Notes: generated by a model from the letters alone, not told the origin. A stretch of DNA of 64,000 nucleotides from an uncultured Thermoanaerobaculia bacterium (GCA_964597585.1 CAZQYU010000001.1:632-64631), one strand, 5' to 3'; counted from the stretch's first letter, positions 10,544-20,751 are shown. A program made the numbers and translations.

Positions 10544-10726
10544 CGAGCCCCCACTTTTCACCGGGTCGAGCTGCGAGCCTGCCGAGATGCGGCCGGCGTA
10601 GAGCCGTCGAGTGGCGAGCCGCCGAGGCGTCTGGAGACGCGCTGCAGGTGGTGGGTTGCGAGAGGGTCGGCGATCGCCGGCAGATCGGCGCTCGCAGCAG
10701 GGGACCGGTGAGATCTGCAGGCGAGA

Positions 10727-12001
10727 TCAGATCACGGTGTCGTCCGGGACGACGGCGTTCTTCGGAACCACGACGATCCCGTCGCGGATGGCCCACCCAT
10801 CGCCTTCCGCCTCGTCGAGGCCCCGCTCGTTGACGATCTTCACGCCGCGCCCGATCCGGGCGTTCTTGTCGATGATCGCGTTCACGATTTCGGTCTCTTC
10901 GCCGATACCGACCGGCGGCGCGTCGGCCGGGGCGTCAGGAACGTGGGAGTCAACTCCCATGATCAGGCAGCGATCGATTCTGCACCCGGTGGCGATGGCG
11001 CGCAGGCCGACCACGGAGTGCGTGACGACCGAGTCCTCGATCCGGGTTCCGTCCGCGAGCAGTACCCGGTCGAAGCTGCAGTGACGGAGCTCGGCGCCCG
11101 GGAGATACCGGGGCCGGGTGTAGAACGGCCATTCGTTGTCGTGGAAGGAGAATGGCGGATGGTCGGAGACGAGGTCCATGTGGGCTTCGAAGAAGGCCCG
11201 GATCGTCCCGATGTCGCGCCAGTAGCCGTTGAAGAAGTGAGTTTGCACGCGGAAGGGGCCCACCGCCGCCGGGATGATGTCGCGCCCGAAGTCGATTGCA
11301 TCGCTCGCCAGACACTCGAGCAGGACGCGCTTGCGAAACATGTAGATCCCCATCGAGCCGAGGTACGGCTCGGCGGCGCCGAGCCCTTCCCGGCGCATGA
11401 CCTCCTCGGGCAGCTCCATGCCCGTGCGTGCCTGAGGGGTGGCGGGCTTTTCGCGAAACTCGCGGATCCGGTTGTCATCATCGACGCGGACCGCGCCGAA
11501 ACCGGCGATCTCCTCCTCGGAGCACGGCATCACACCGACCGTGATGTCCGCACCGTGCTTGACGTGGTCGTCGAGCAGGGCGCGGTAGTCCATCCGGTAC
11601 ATGTGGTCGCCAGCCAGGATCAGGACGTGGTCCCCTGGTAGCTCGACGAACGAGCCGAGATTCTGTCGCACCGCGTCTGCGGTGCCCTGGAACCAGGCCT
11701 GCGCCCTCGGCGTCTGCTGGGCGGCCAGAATCTGGACGTAGCCGCGGGAGAAGGCGTCGAAACGGTAGGTGCGGCCGATATGGCGGTGGAGCGAAACCGA
11801 GTTGAACTGGGTGAGTACGTACATCCGTTCCATCGACGAGTTGATGGCGTTCGAGATCGGGATGTCGATCAGGCGGTACTTGCCCGCGATCGGTACAGCC
11901 GGCTTGGAGCGCAGGCGGGTGAGAGGCTCGAGGCGGGTTCCACGGCCGCCCCCGAGGATGAGGACGGTGACGTTGGCGGTGAGATCGTTGAGACGGGTCA
12001 T
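10727..12001 (-). CDS. glgC: Glucose-1-phosphate adenylyltransferase
   Basis: LILGGGRGTRLEPLTRLRSKPAVPIAGKYRLIDIPISNAINS is the family signature. ATG 12001 has GGAGGAGG about 10 nt upstream. Confidence 0.9.
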   Translation of the reverse strand: MTRLNDLTANVTVLILGGGRGTRLEPLTRLRSKPAVPIAGKYRLIDIPISNAINSSMERMYVLTQFNSVSLHRHIGRTYRFDAFSRGYVQILAAQQTPRAQAWFQGTADAVRQNLGSFVELPGDHVLILAGDHMYRMDYRALLDDHVKHGADITVGVMPCSEEEIAGFGAVRVDDDNRIREFREKPATPQARTGMELPEEVMRREGLGAAEPYLGSMGIYMFRKRVLLECLASDAIDFGRDIIPAAVGPFRVQTHFFNGYWRDIGTIRAFFEAHMDLVSDHPPFSFHDNEWPFYTRPRYLPGAELRHCSFDRVLLADGTRIEDSVVTHSVVGLRAIATGCRIDRCLIMGVDSHVPDAPADAPPVGIGEETEIVNAIIDKNARIGRGVKIVNERGLDEAEGDGWAIRDGIVVVPKNAVVPDDTVI

Positions 12002-12066
12002 CAGTGCGAGACCTCCTCCAATCAGTGTAGCCCGCACCTCTCACCCTCTCGCTCCTGCGGGCGAGG

Positions 12067-15000
12067 TCAATACATCCGCGAGAGGCGCAGCCCGGTTCCG
12101 GACCGCGCGGTGTGGAAGAGTGCTTGGAGGGACGAACGGTAGGGGCTCGCCGAGGATGGTTGGCCGTTGACGGTCTCGACTGTGAGCGATGACGCGGGCC
12201 GTTCAGTGCGGGCCAGCTGCACCTTGAGGAACTCCAGGTAGCGGGTGATGAACGGGTGGTCCGGTGCGACCCTGATGTCGAGGCGGCGCCCGCGACCCTC
12301 GGAGACGATGACAATTCTCGGGCCGTGGCACACGAGGTGATTGCTGGCCACCCGGCGGGGGAGGCCGTTGCCAAGGCCCTCGATGCCGAGCCCGCAGGGA
12401 GACGCGGGGTCGGCGGCGCTGAGCCACCACACCCGGTCCTCAGGCAGGCCGTCGAGCAGCGCTCGGACTGCGGCCGGGCTCGCGAACTGGAGCCCGTGGA
12501 TACCCTCGAAGAAGCGGCCCGAGACGACCTCGCCCGAGAGCTCGAGCAGGCGTAGGCTGCGGAAGAGTGTGCTCCAGGTGAAGTTCGCGGGCTCGCGGTC
12601 AAGAAGCTCCCGGAACAGGACGCCGTAACGCTCGAGCAGCAGACGGGCGCGCTCGGCGTTGTGCTGCTCGAGATCGAGGGGATCGTCGACGGGCTCGAGC
12701 GGGGCCATCCGGTACCAGGCCGCGGAGAACGGGCGGCTGGCGCGCCAGCGGTCGAGAGAGCCTCGACGAGGGCGACGAACTGCGGTGGCTTGTGGATTCC
12801 CCGCCGCTCGAAATCGAGTGGCCACGCCGCGCCGGACAGGATCGAAACCGACCGCCGAGAGCTCGCCGCGCCAGGCCCCGGCCCACAGCCGCGCGGTGAC
12901 CACCGCCGATCCGAGCCCGCTGTGGGCGACGAGCTCCTCAAGCCCGAAGCGTCCGAGCGGGTGGGGGAAGAGCGGATCCGCCTCGGTCCCGGATTCCGGC
13001 TCCAAGACGAGCTCGCGCTCACCTGCGAGGGTGAACCCGACCCTGCGCGGCCCGACGCCGAACCACTCGAGATCAGTCTCCGCGAGCAGCGTGTCGAGCC
13101 AGGACGAATGGTAGGGCGACACACGCGCCGGCAGGATCTCGGTTTCCCAGAGCTCGGCGGGAAGGCCGAGGCCGAGCAGGGGTTCCAGGGCGCCGCGGAG
13201 GTCGTCGATGCCGGCGTCGGCGACGCCGAGGTGTTGATGGCAGGCAAGGAAGAGCGGCACATTCACGGCGGGCAGCGGGGTGAGCTCGGGACGGGCGGCG
13301 GAGCGGGCGAGGCGCAGCGCGCGCTCGAGGTTCTCCCGATCCGCGACCTCGATGTCCACCGCGTCGGCGGTGAGCAGGTCGAGAACGACCTCCTCGTTCT
13401 CCGCGAGGGCTGCGAGTGCCGCCGCGAGGTGGTTCGGGTCGAGGCGCAGGGCACGGGCAACGGCGCCGACCGGACGTGGTCCGTATGCTCGCAGCCACTC
13501 GCCGAGCATGGCGGGGAGGTCCGGGCCGCGGCCATCTTCGTCACGGCGCCGGCGCGCGAACCGGGCGAGCAGGGCCGCGGCGGCGTCCGCGTGACTTTCC
13601 GAACAGGTTGGCCCGAGGCGGAGCGCGCGGAGGTCGCGGCCGAGTGCAGTGGCGACACGCGGGAGCTCGGCGATATGGACCACGCTCCACGGGCGTTCGT
13701 CCCCGGCCTCGAAGACTGTTACGACGCGGTCGGCGCAGGCGGCGATGGCGGCGTCTGCATCTGCGCCGTGGTCTCGTCGCATTGCGTCGATCAGCTCCTC
13801 CCACTCGGGGAAGGGGATCAACAGGCGCTCGCGGACCCAGTCCCCGAGATCGTCGCCGTCACGGGGCGACCAGCCGGGGGCTCTGCGCTGGAGCTTGGCC
13901 TCGAGCTTCGCCACGAGCTCGGCCGAAAGTCGCGGCCGCAATGCCGACGAGGTCGCGAGCTCGCGAACGAGGTCGCCTCGCACACCGACACGACGTGCGG
14001 AAGACGCCGCATCGTCGGCGTACATGAGCGCGTTGGTCTCCTTCCACAGCACGTTGGCGGCGAAGGGGGAGGGGGTGTCGGTCCGGACCTCGTGGACACG
14101 GGTCAAGCCGTCGCGGATCTCGTCGAGGACGCCGCGCAGTGCGGCAAGATCGAACTCGTCCTGTAGGCAGGACCGCCACGCCTCGAGTGCGAGCGGAAAG
14201 TCGCCCGACGGCGCCACGGCGTCGAGCAGCTCTTTCGCGCGCAGCCGGTGCAGCCACAGTGGCGTTCGCCGCCGAAAGCCTGCCCGTGGCAGCAGCAGGG
14301 CGGTCCCGGCGGCCTCACGGAAGCGCGCTCCGAAGAACCCGGTCCCCTCGAGCTCTCGCCGCAGCGCGTCCTCGAGGCCGGTGACGTCGACCAGGGCGAG
14401 AATGGCGTCGGGCCGATGGTCGGCGGGAAAGGTCAGCGCAATGCAGTCATCGTCGTGCACGACGTCCGGACGCGCGCCGAAGCGCTCCTGCCACCTGCCG
14501 GTGAGAACTGATGCCAACGGACGGTTGACGCGTCCGCCCCATAGGGTGTGGAGCACGACTCGGCGATGGTCGGAGCCGGCGTCCATGGCCGAGGTGTGCT
14601 CGATGACGAGCCTGTGCCGATGCGGCAGCGCGCCGGTGGCGGCACGCTGGGCGCGCAGGCTGGAGACCAACTCAGCGGCGGCCGCCGTCGACAGCGGCAG
14701 CTCGGCGGCGAGCCGGTCGGCGGCATCGGCCCCGTCGATCCACCCTTCGATGCGCTCGAGCAGCCGCCCGACCCGCTCGGAGAGGAAGAACGAGCGGTCG
14801 CGCTCGTCGGCTCGCCAGAAGGGCGCCATCGAGGCCCGGCCGCGGGCTGGGACCACGAAGACATCGTTGTGGGTGACGCGCTCGATACGCCAGCTCTGGA
14901 CGCCGAGGGTGAAGGTGTCGCCGACCGACCGCTCCCACACGAACTCCTCGTCGAGCTCGCCGAGCGGTGCTCCGGAACCCTCCAGCCGGAGCTGGAAGTA

Positions 15001-16593
15001 GCCCCGGTCAGGGATGGTGCCGCCCGACAGGTAGAGCAGGCGTTCGACGCCGGCGCGGGTGCGCACGGTGCCGTCGATCGGGTCGAGGGTGACCAGCGGA
15101 CGCAGGCTGCGCAACCGCGTCGACGCATAGCGGCCGGCGAGCATGTCGAGCACCAGGTCGAAGTGGCGCCGTGGCAGCTCGGCGTAGCCGTCCGCAGTGC
15201 GGACCGCATCGTAGAGGTCGTCGACCCGCCAGGTCGCCGCGACACACATGGCGACGATGACCTGGGCGAGGACGTCGAGGGCGCCGGCGACAGGACGCAC
15301 CGGTTCGAGCTCGCCGTCGAGCACCGCCCGTCCCAGCACGGCGGCCTGGAGCAGGTCGCGCGGGTGTGTCGGGTAGAGTCGGCCTCGGCTCACCGCCCCG
15401 ACCGCATGGCCGGCGCGACCCAGGCGCTGGACCGTCGAGGCAATCGTCGGCGGCGCCTGGACCATCGCGACCTCGTCGATCGTTCCGACGTCGATCCCGA
15501 GCTCGAGGGAGTTGGTGGCGACGATCGCCCGCAGCTCGCCATCCTTGAGGCGCTCCTCGACGACCGCCCGGACCTCGCGTGAGAGCGAACCGTGGTGGGA
15601 CCAGACCAGGGCCTCGCCGGCGTCCTCATTGAGCATCCGAGCGAGGCGCTCGACCATTCGTCGACTGTTCGCGAAGACCAGCGTCGAACGATTGCGCCGG
15701 ATCGTCGCCCGCAGCTCGGCAGCGAGAGCGACCCACGCGTCTTCGTCGCCGCCGGGGCCCACGAGCGCACCGGTGGTCCGGACCTCGAAGTCGTAGCGCT
15801 TGTCCGACGGTACCCTCACCACTCCGACCGAGCGGGGGCGGGATGGTCCGCCCTCGCCCCCTGGAGCCCGCCCCCCGACCCATGCCGCGACCCGCGCGGC
15901 GGGCTCGACCGTGGCGGAGAGGGCAAGGCGCTGGAATTCGCCGCTGATTCGCGCCAGGCGCTCGACTGCGGTCATCAGGTGCAGGCCGCGCTTGGCGCCG
16001 ACCAGGGCGTGGACCTCGTCGAGGATGACGGTGCGCACCTCGGTGAATAGGAGCCGCCAGCGGCCGGAGAGTAGCATCAGGTTGAGGCTCTCGGGGGTCG
16101 TCACGAGGATCTCCGGCGGATGGCGGAGCATCCGCCGTCGCTCCGCCTCGCTGGTGTCCCCCGATCGCACGGCCACACGGATCTCCGGCATCGGCAGCTG
16201 AGCGACGCGGCAGTGCTCGGGAAGCTCGATGAGCGGCACCAGAAGATTGCGCCTGATGTCGTTGGCCAGGGCCTTGAGCGGCGATACGTAGACGACCCGG
16301 ACGCCACCGGCGGACCAGGCGCCGGAAACGAGCCGGTCGATCGCCCACAGGAAGGCGGTCAACGTCTTCCCGCTTCCGGTCGGAGCAGTCACCAGGAGAT
16401 GCTCTCCGGCGGCGATCCGCGGCCACGCGGCAGCCTGGACAGGCGTCGGCGCGCCGAGGCGCGCAGCGAACCAGGCGAGCACCGGCGGGCTGAAGTGGGG
16501 CGGCCCACCGCCCGGCGGGACCGTGCCGGATTGGCGGCATGTACGAGAGGTCTGCGGGGGGCTCACCAGTCGGGAAGCGGCCGCTTGAGCCAA
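12067..16593 (-). CDS. lhr: Lhr-type large ATP-dependent helicase (long form, about 1500 aa)
   Basis: Walker A is VTAPTGSGKTL and the DEAD-box variant is ILDEVH. The size and long C-terminal extension are typical of Lhr. The track start is TTG 16593. An alternative GTG at 16566 overlaps the stop of the upstream gene (GTGA). Confidence 0.9.
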   Translation of the reverse strand: MAQAAASRLVSPPQTSRTCRQSGTVPPGGGPPHFSPPVLAWFAARLGAPTPVQAAAWPRIAAGEHLLVTAPTGSGKTLTAFLWAIDRLVSGAWSAGGVRVVYVSPLKALANDIRRNLLVPLIELPEHCRVAQLPMPEIRVAVRSGDTSEAERRRMLRHPPEILVTTPESLNLMLLSGRWRLLFTEVRTVILDEVHALVGAKRGLHLMTAVERLARISGEFQRLALSATVEPAARVAAWVGGRAPGGEGGPSRPRSVGVVRVPSDKRYDFEVRTTGALVGPGGDEDAWVALAAELRATIRRNRSTLVFANSRRMVERLARMLNEDAGEALVWSHHGSLSREVRAVVEERLKDGELRAIVATNSLELGIDVGTIDEVAMVQAPPTIASTVQRLGRAGHAVGAVSRGRLYPTHPRDLLQAAVLGRAVLDGELEPVRPVAGALDVLAQVIVAMCVAATWRVDDLYDAVRTADGYAELPRRHFDLVLDMLAGRYASTRLRSLRPLVTLDPIDGTVRTRAGVERLLYLSGGTIPDRGYFQLRLEGSGAPLGELDEEFVWERSVGDTFTLGVQSWRIERVTHNDVFVVPARGRASMAPFWRADERDRSFFLSERVGRLLERIEGWIDGADAADRLAAELPLSTAAAAELVSSLRAQRAATGALPHRHRLVIEHTSAMDAGSDHRRVVLHTLWGGRVNRPLASVLTGRWQERFGARPDVVHDDDCIALTFPADHRPDAILALVDVTGLEDALRRELEGTGFFGARFREAAGTALLLPRAGFRRRTPLWLHRLRAKELLDAVAPSGDFPLALEAWRSCLQDEFDLAALRGVLDEIRDGLTRVHEVRTDTPSPFAANVLWKETNALMYADDAASSARRVGVRGDLVRELATSSALRPRLSAELVAKLEAKLQRRAPGWSPRDGDDLGDWVRERLLIPFPEWEELIDAMRRDHGADADAAIAACADRVVTVFEAGDERPWSVVHIAELPRVATALGRDLRALRLGPTCSESHADAAAALLARFARRRRDEDGRGPDLPAMLGEWLRAYGPRPVGAVARALRLDPNHLAAALAALAENEEVVLDLLTADAVDIEVADRENLERALRLARSAARPELTPLPAVNVPLFLACHQHLGVADAGIDDLRGALEPLLGLGLPAELWETEILPARVSPYHSSWLDTLLAETDLEWFGVGPRRVGFTLAGERELVLEPESGTEADPLFPHPLGRFGLEELVAHSGLGSAVVTARLWAGAWRGELSAVGFDPVRRGVATRFRAAGNPQATAVRRPRRGSLDRWRASRPFSAAWYRMAPLEPVDDPLDLEQHNAERARLLLERYGVLFRELLDREPANFTWSTLFRSLRLLELSGEVVSGRFFEGIHGLQFASPAAVRALLDGLPEDRVWWLSAADPASPCGLGIEGLGNGLPRRVASNHLVCHGPRIVIVSEGRGRRLDIRVAPDHPFITRYLEFLKVQLARTERPASSLTVETVNGQPSSASPYRSSLQALFHTARSGTGLRLSRMY

Positions 16594-16979
16594 GTCCGGA
16601 CGACCGCGTCGCGCTGTCGGGCCAGCTCCTCACTCTCCGCGGGGATCTGGCGAGCTTCAGCTTCGACGCGGCGGAAACCCGCCGCGACCAGGAGAACCGC
16701 GACGGCGGGGAGAACCACGTAGATGAGGTCCTTCATGCCGAGCAAACCAGTCACGGCGCCGATCCCAAACAGGATCGGGGGCGCGGCGAGAAGAACGAGC
16801 TGGACCAGCGCCGCGCTCATCTGGCGTGCGACCACCCGCTTGTAGCGCTCGAGATCGGCGGTCGACTGCAGCCGTCCGATCGCTCGAACCGTCCGCTTCA
16901 GCTCGCGGCCGAACCACAACGAGTTCAAGATCGCGAGCGTCGGCAGGCCGACCATCACGGCGATCAGCTGTCCGCGCAT
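16563..16979 (-). CDS. Small integral membrane protein (3 predicted TM helices), function unknown
   Basis: 138 aa in a GC3-rich frame. It overlaps the upstream helicase gene by 16 nt, and its stop overlaps a candidate lhr start. Confidence 0.55.
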   Translation of the reverse strand: MRGQLIAVMVGLPTLAILNSLWFGRELKRTVRAIGRLQSTADLERYKRVVARQMSAALVQLVLLAAPPILFGIGAVTGLLGMKDLIYVVLPAVAVLLVAAGFRRVEAEARQIPAESEELARQRDAVVRTWLKRPLPDW

Positions 16980-19411
16980 GGGTCCTCCGGCGGCATCTTA
17001 CAGCCGACGTCTCGCGGCGGCGAGAAGAACGCGCGCACCGCGGCGACGGGATCGGGGTGGAGGAGGGCAGAAGGGTCGCCGTCAATCCACTCGTCGGGCA
17101 GCAGCGCGGCGTAGCGGCGGTCGAGAAACCGGCGGCAGAGCAGCACGATCGTGCCGCGATCGGTGGCCGAGCGGATGAGCCGGCCAGCGGCCTGGACCAC
17201 CCGCGTCATGCCGGGCACGAGGTAGGCGTACTCGAATCCCCTGCCGTAGTGCGCGGCGTAGTAGGCCTTGAGCATCTCCCGCTCAAGGTTGTACAGCGGT
17301 AGCCCCGGCGAGACGACCATGACCTGGGAGAGCATGTCGCCGGGGTAGTCGACACCCTCTGCGAAGATCCCACCGAGGACCGCCAGCACGAGCTGTGAGC
17401 GACCCGAGGAGAGGCGGCCGAGAAGCTCCTGCTGCTCGGCGTCGGACGCGCCTCGCTGCTGCACCAGGACTTCATGGGCCATCCCCGGCAAGCGGTCGAG
17501 GACAGTCTCCAGGAAGGCGTAGCTCGGAAACAGCACCAGTGCGTTGAGGCCCGGCTCCGCGAGCCTGGAAATCCAGCCGGCGATGGCGTCGGCGTGCTCG
17601 AGCCGTCGACGCCACGTGGTGTCGACATCATCGACGGCCAGCACGAGGCGGTTCTCGGCAGGGAACGGAGACGGCACCGCAAGCGTGTCAGTGCGGTGAT
17701 CGTCAAACCCGAGCAGATCGCGGTAGAACTCGAAGGGCTCGAGCGTCGCCGACATCGCCACGCAGCCGCCGCTCTCCTCGAGCACTGCACCGAGGAACCG
17801 AGAGGCATCGAGGCAAACGATGCGCAGGCGGACTTCTCCGACAGCCGTGCGCCCTGCGAGGTGCACGAACTCCTCGCCGCCGAGCCCGAGGACACGGTGA
17901 AAGTGGGTGAGCTGGAAGAACGCGTCGAGCACCGGATCGTCGGCGCTCCACAGCTCGTGCTCGCGCTTGTACAGGAAGTACTGCAGGATGGCTGCATCGA
18001 GCTCGATCCTGATCTCGGTGAGCTCGCGGCGGGGGAGCTCGACCGGATTCTCGGCGTCGTGGCGGTCCTCGATCGCGTCGCGGACCGTGCCCTCAACCAG
18101 CTCGGCGAGTGTCCCTATCACTGCAGCAAGGCGACGAAAGAGAGCGTTTTCCCGGCCGGCAAGGAAGCCCAGAGCGGGTTGGAGGATCGCTGATGAAAGG
18201 GAGGGGGAGTAGTACTCGCGGCTGCGCTCGACGAGATTGTGGGCCTCATCGACGATCAGGACGGCCCTCTGGAGTGCGCCGCCCCCGAGCAGGCTGGCGA
18301 GCCCGATGACCGGGTCGAAGACGTAGTTGTAGTCACAGATCACGACATCGACGTCGGGCAGCAGGTCGAGCGACACCTCGAAAGGACACACCTCATGCTG
18401 GCGTGCCGCGTCGAAGATCCGGTCCGGCTCGAAGTGGCTGCCGGAGTCGAGCAGTGTCGGCAGCAGCTGGGAGCGGATCAGCTTGACGCCGTACTCCCGC
18501 GCAAAGGGGCAGAACTCCTCGTGGCAGATCATCTCCGCATTTGCGCACATCTTGCCCTTGGCGCGGAGCTGGAGGCTCCGGAAGCCGTCCCGCTGCATCG
18601 AGCGGACGGTCTCAACCGCGAGCGTCTGTTGGAGCGTCTTGGCGGTCAGATAGAAGAGCCTGTGGCCGTCGAGCAGCGCTCGGCGCAGGGCGGCGTGCAT
18701 CACCGCCGCGGTCTTCCCGGCCCCGGTAGGTGCGGCGAGTAGAAGGTGACGCTGCTCGCCCAGCGCCGCTTCCACCGCCGCGCCCATCGGCATCTGGGCG
18801 GGCCGTGGCTCGGGGTGAGGGAAGGGCAGATCTCTGGCTTCGGCGCGGAGTCGCTCGAGGCGTTCGAGCCGCCGCTGCTCGATCGCGATGAGCCTCCGGA
18901 CCGTCTGCCCCAGCCAATCGTCGACCGAGGTACGATCCCAGACGACCTCTTCGTGTCGCTCCTCGAAGGTGACGATGTCAACCAGCACCAGCCGCGCCGA
19001 GGCAGGTACGTCGTCGCCGGAGAGCGCGGCGGCGTAGAGACTGACCTGGCGTCTGAAGCGGTCGAGACGCTCGCTGGCATAGAGGTTATGGAGATCGACG
19101 GCGAAGTGCAGGGTCTTGATCTCGTCGACTCGGACCACGTGGTCATCAAGGCGGATCACTCCGTCGGCACGCCCGACGACCGTGACGCGCCAGCCGTCCA
19201 CGACGGTCTCGAAACGCACCGGGACCTCGGCCTCGAACCCGGGCGAGACCGCGGCGAGCTCCTCCTGGACCCGCCGGTGGAGCTCTTGGCCGATCCACAG
19301 CCGTGACAGCCCGGAGCCGTTGAGCCCGATCGCGCGATTTCCGGATTCGCCCACGAGGTCGGTCACGCTGGCCGCGAAGGAGCGCGACTCGAGATCGATC
19401 AGAATCGCCAC
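16964..19411 (-). CDS. Fusion of an N-terminal RecB/Cas4-like PD-(D/E)XK nuclease domain to an XPD/DinG (Rad3-family) Fe-S helicase
   Basis: Nuclease motifs are GRADGV, VDEIKT and RRQVSLYAAAL (QxxxY). Helicase motifs are AAPTGAGKTAA, four Cys (KMCANAEMICHEEFCPF...EVCPFE), LIVDEAHNL (DEAH) and VVQAAGRLIRS. Confidence 0.85.
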   Translation of the reverse strand: MAILIDLESRSFAASVTDLVGESGNRAIGLNGSGLSRLWIGQELHRRVQEELAAVSPGFEAEVPVRFETVVDGWRVTVVGRADGVIRLDDHVVRVDEIKTLHFAVDLHNLYASERLDRFRRQVSLYAAALSGDDVPASARLVLVDIVTFEERHEEVVWDRTSVDDWLGQTVRRLIAIEQRRLERLERLRAEARDLPFPHPEPRPAQMPMGAAVEAALGEQRHLLLAAPTGAGKTAAVMHAALRRALLDGHRLFYLTAKTLQQTLAVETVRSMQRDGFRSLQLRAKGKMCANAEMICHEEFCPFAREYGVKLIRSQLLPTLLDSGSHFEPDRIFDAARQHEVCPFEVSLDLLPDVDVVICDYNYVFDPVIGLASLLGGGALQRAVLIVDEAHNLVERSREYYSPSLSSAILQPALGFLAGRENALFRRLAAVIGTLAELVEGTVRDAIEDRHDAENPVELPRRELTEIRIELDAAILQYFLYKREHELWSADDPVLDAFFQLTHFHRVLGLGGEEFVHLAGRTAVGEVRLRIVCLDASRFLGAVLEESGGCVAMSATLEPFEFYRDLLGFDDHRTDTLAVPSPFPAENRLVLAVDDVDTTWRRRLEHADAIAGWISRLAEPGLNALVLFPSYAFLETVLDRLPGMAHEVLVQQRGASDAEQQELLGRLSSGRSQLVLAVLGGIFAEGVDYPGDMLSQVMVVSPGLPLYNLEREMLKAYYAAHYGRGFEYAYLVPGMTRVVQAAGRLIRSATDRGTIVLLCRRFLDRRYAALLPDEWIDGDPSALLHPDPVAAVRAFFSPPRDVGCKMPPEDPCADS

Positions 19412-19515
19412 CGCGACATTCTAGGTTCTTTCGGCGGGACGAGCCCGTCCGGCCCGTTGGTGGATTCGCATGATGTGGCGACCTCAGTGTAACCTCTGCA
19501 AAGCGGTGTCGTAAG

Positions 19516-20616
19516 ATGCAGAGCATGAAGCGTTGGAGCGTCCTCGCGGTCTGCCTTGTCGTCGCGTTGGTTGCCTGCGCGTCCACCTCCGCCAACGGTG
19601 GGCGCGACCCGATCTACTTCGGTCGTGCATCGTGGACGGCCGCGGTCATCGAACGCGGCCTCGATCCGGCAGATGTCGTGTATCCGTTCGACATCACTCC
19701 TGACATGGAAAAGTGGGCTCGCTCCGTCACCGAGCGGGACACCGGTACGGTGAGCCGGCTCAACAAGCTTCAGGCGGCGCTTTTCGCTCCGGGCGAGTTT
19801 CCATTCAGCTACGACCAGAAGGTGACGCTTCCGGGGAAGCGGGCGTTCAAGGAGCGTCGGGGAAACTGCCTGGCCTTCACGTCCATGTTCGTCAGCCTCG
19901 CCCGCAGCATCGGCCTGCCGGGATTCCTGGTGATGGTGCAGCGTACGCCGACGGTCGAACGGGACGAGGACATCGTGGTGGTCAACCGGCACGTCGTTGC
20001 CGGCTACTCCGAGGCGAGCCGCCTCTACCTGTTCGATTTCTACGAGAGATCTGAAACCCCCTACATCCAGACGCGGGTGATCGACGACCTCGCGGCGAGC
20101 GCGCTGTTCCATACCAACTTCGGTGGCGATGCCATTCGCGAGGGCGATGTCGAGCGCGCCGAGCTCAACTTCCGCATCGCGACACAGCTCGGACCCGAGC
20201 TGGCCGCACCATGGATCGGACTCGGTGTGATCCAGTTCCGACAGGGCAGGCTCGAGAGTGCGCTCGAATCGTATCGTCACGCCCTCGAAGTCGAACCTGG
20301 AAACCCGTCCGCGCTGACCAACTTGGCGCACCTCTACCGACGCCAGGGTCTCGAGGACCAGGCCGGTGCGGCCCTACGCGCCGCCGGCGAGGGTTCCTCG
20401 AGCCCGTTCACGCTCATAGCCCTCGCCGACAGCGAAATGGCGCAGGGCGATGTGCGGCGGGCCAGGCACTACCTCCGCAAGGCACGGCACAACTACCGCG
20501 ACGAGCCTGAAGTGTGGGAAGCCATGGCGCGCCTCGAGACCGCACGCGGCGACCAGTCCGCTGCCCAGCGGTACCGCGACCGGGCGCGGGCGCTACGCGC
20601 CGACGGGGACAGCTGA
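19516..20616 (+). CDS. Lipoprotein with a transglutaminase-like cysteine-protease core and C-terminal TPR repeats
   Basis: Lipobox VVALVAC. RRGNCLAFTSMF contains the candidate catalytic Cys, followed by NRHVVAGY and a later Asp. TPR-like repeats sit in the C-terminal half. The start may instead be ATG 19525. Confidence 0.7.
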   Translation: MQSMKRWSVLAVCLVVALVACASTSANGGRDPIYFGRASWTAAVIERGLDPADVVYPFDITPDMEKWARSVTERDTGTVSRLNKLQAALFAPGEFPFSYDQKVTLPGKRAFKERRGNCLAFTSMFVSLARSIGLPGFLVMVQRTPTVERDEDIVVVNRHVVAGYSEASRLYLFDFYERSETPYIQTRVIDDLAASALFHTNFGGDAIREGDVERAELNFRIATQLGPELAAPWIGLGVIQFRQGRLESALESYRHALEVEPGNPSALTNLAHLYRRQGLEDQAGAALRAAGEGSSSPFTLIALADSEMAQGDVRRARHYLRKARHNYRDEPEVWEAMARLETARGDQSAAQRYRDRARALRADGDS

Positions 20617-20751
20617 GCGGGCCGACCCGCACTCGGGACAGGGCGCCGTGCGGAAGCTCAGGTTGTGTCGCCTGTTGTATTCTGCTCCGTCGAGTGACGG
20701 CGACCGAGAGCTGCGCGACCCGCCGCGACTCGGTTGGAGGGTGAAGGCGAG

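Noticed and set aside
11478-15001. Long ORFs overlapping lhr and glgC in other frames or on the other strand (11478..13262 minus, 594 aa; 12661..14166 plus, 501 aa; 13649..15001 plus, 450 aa)
   Set aside because: They are Ser/Arg/Pro/Ala-rich low-complexity translations. The Lhr frame carries the helicase motifs and explains the open reading in this region.
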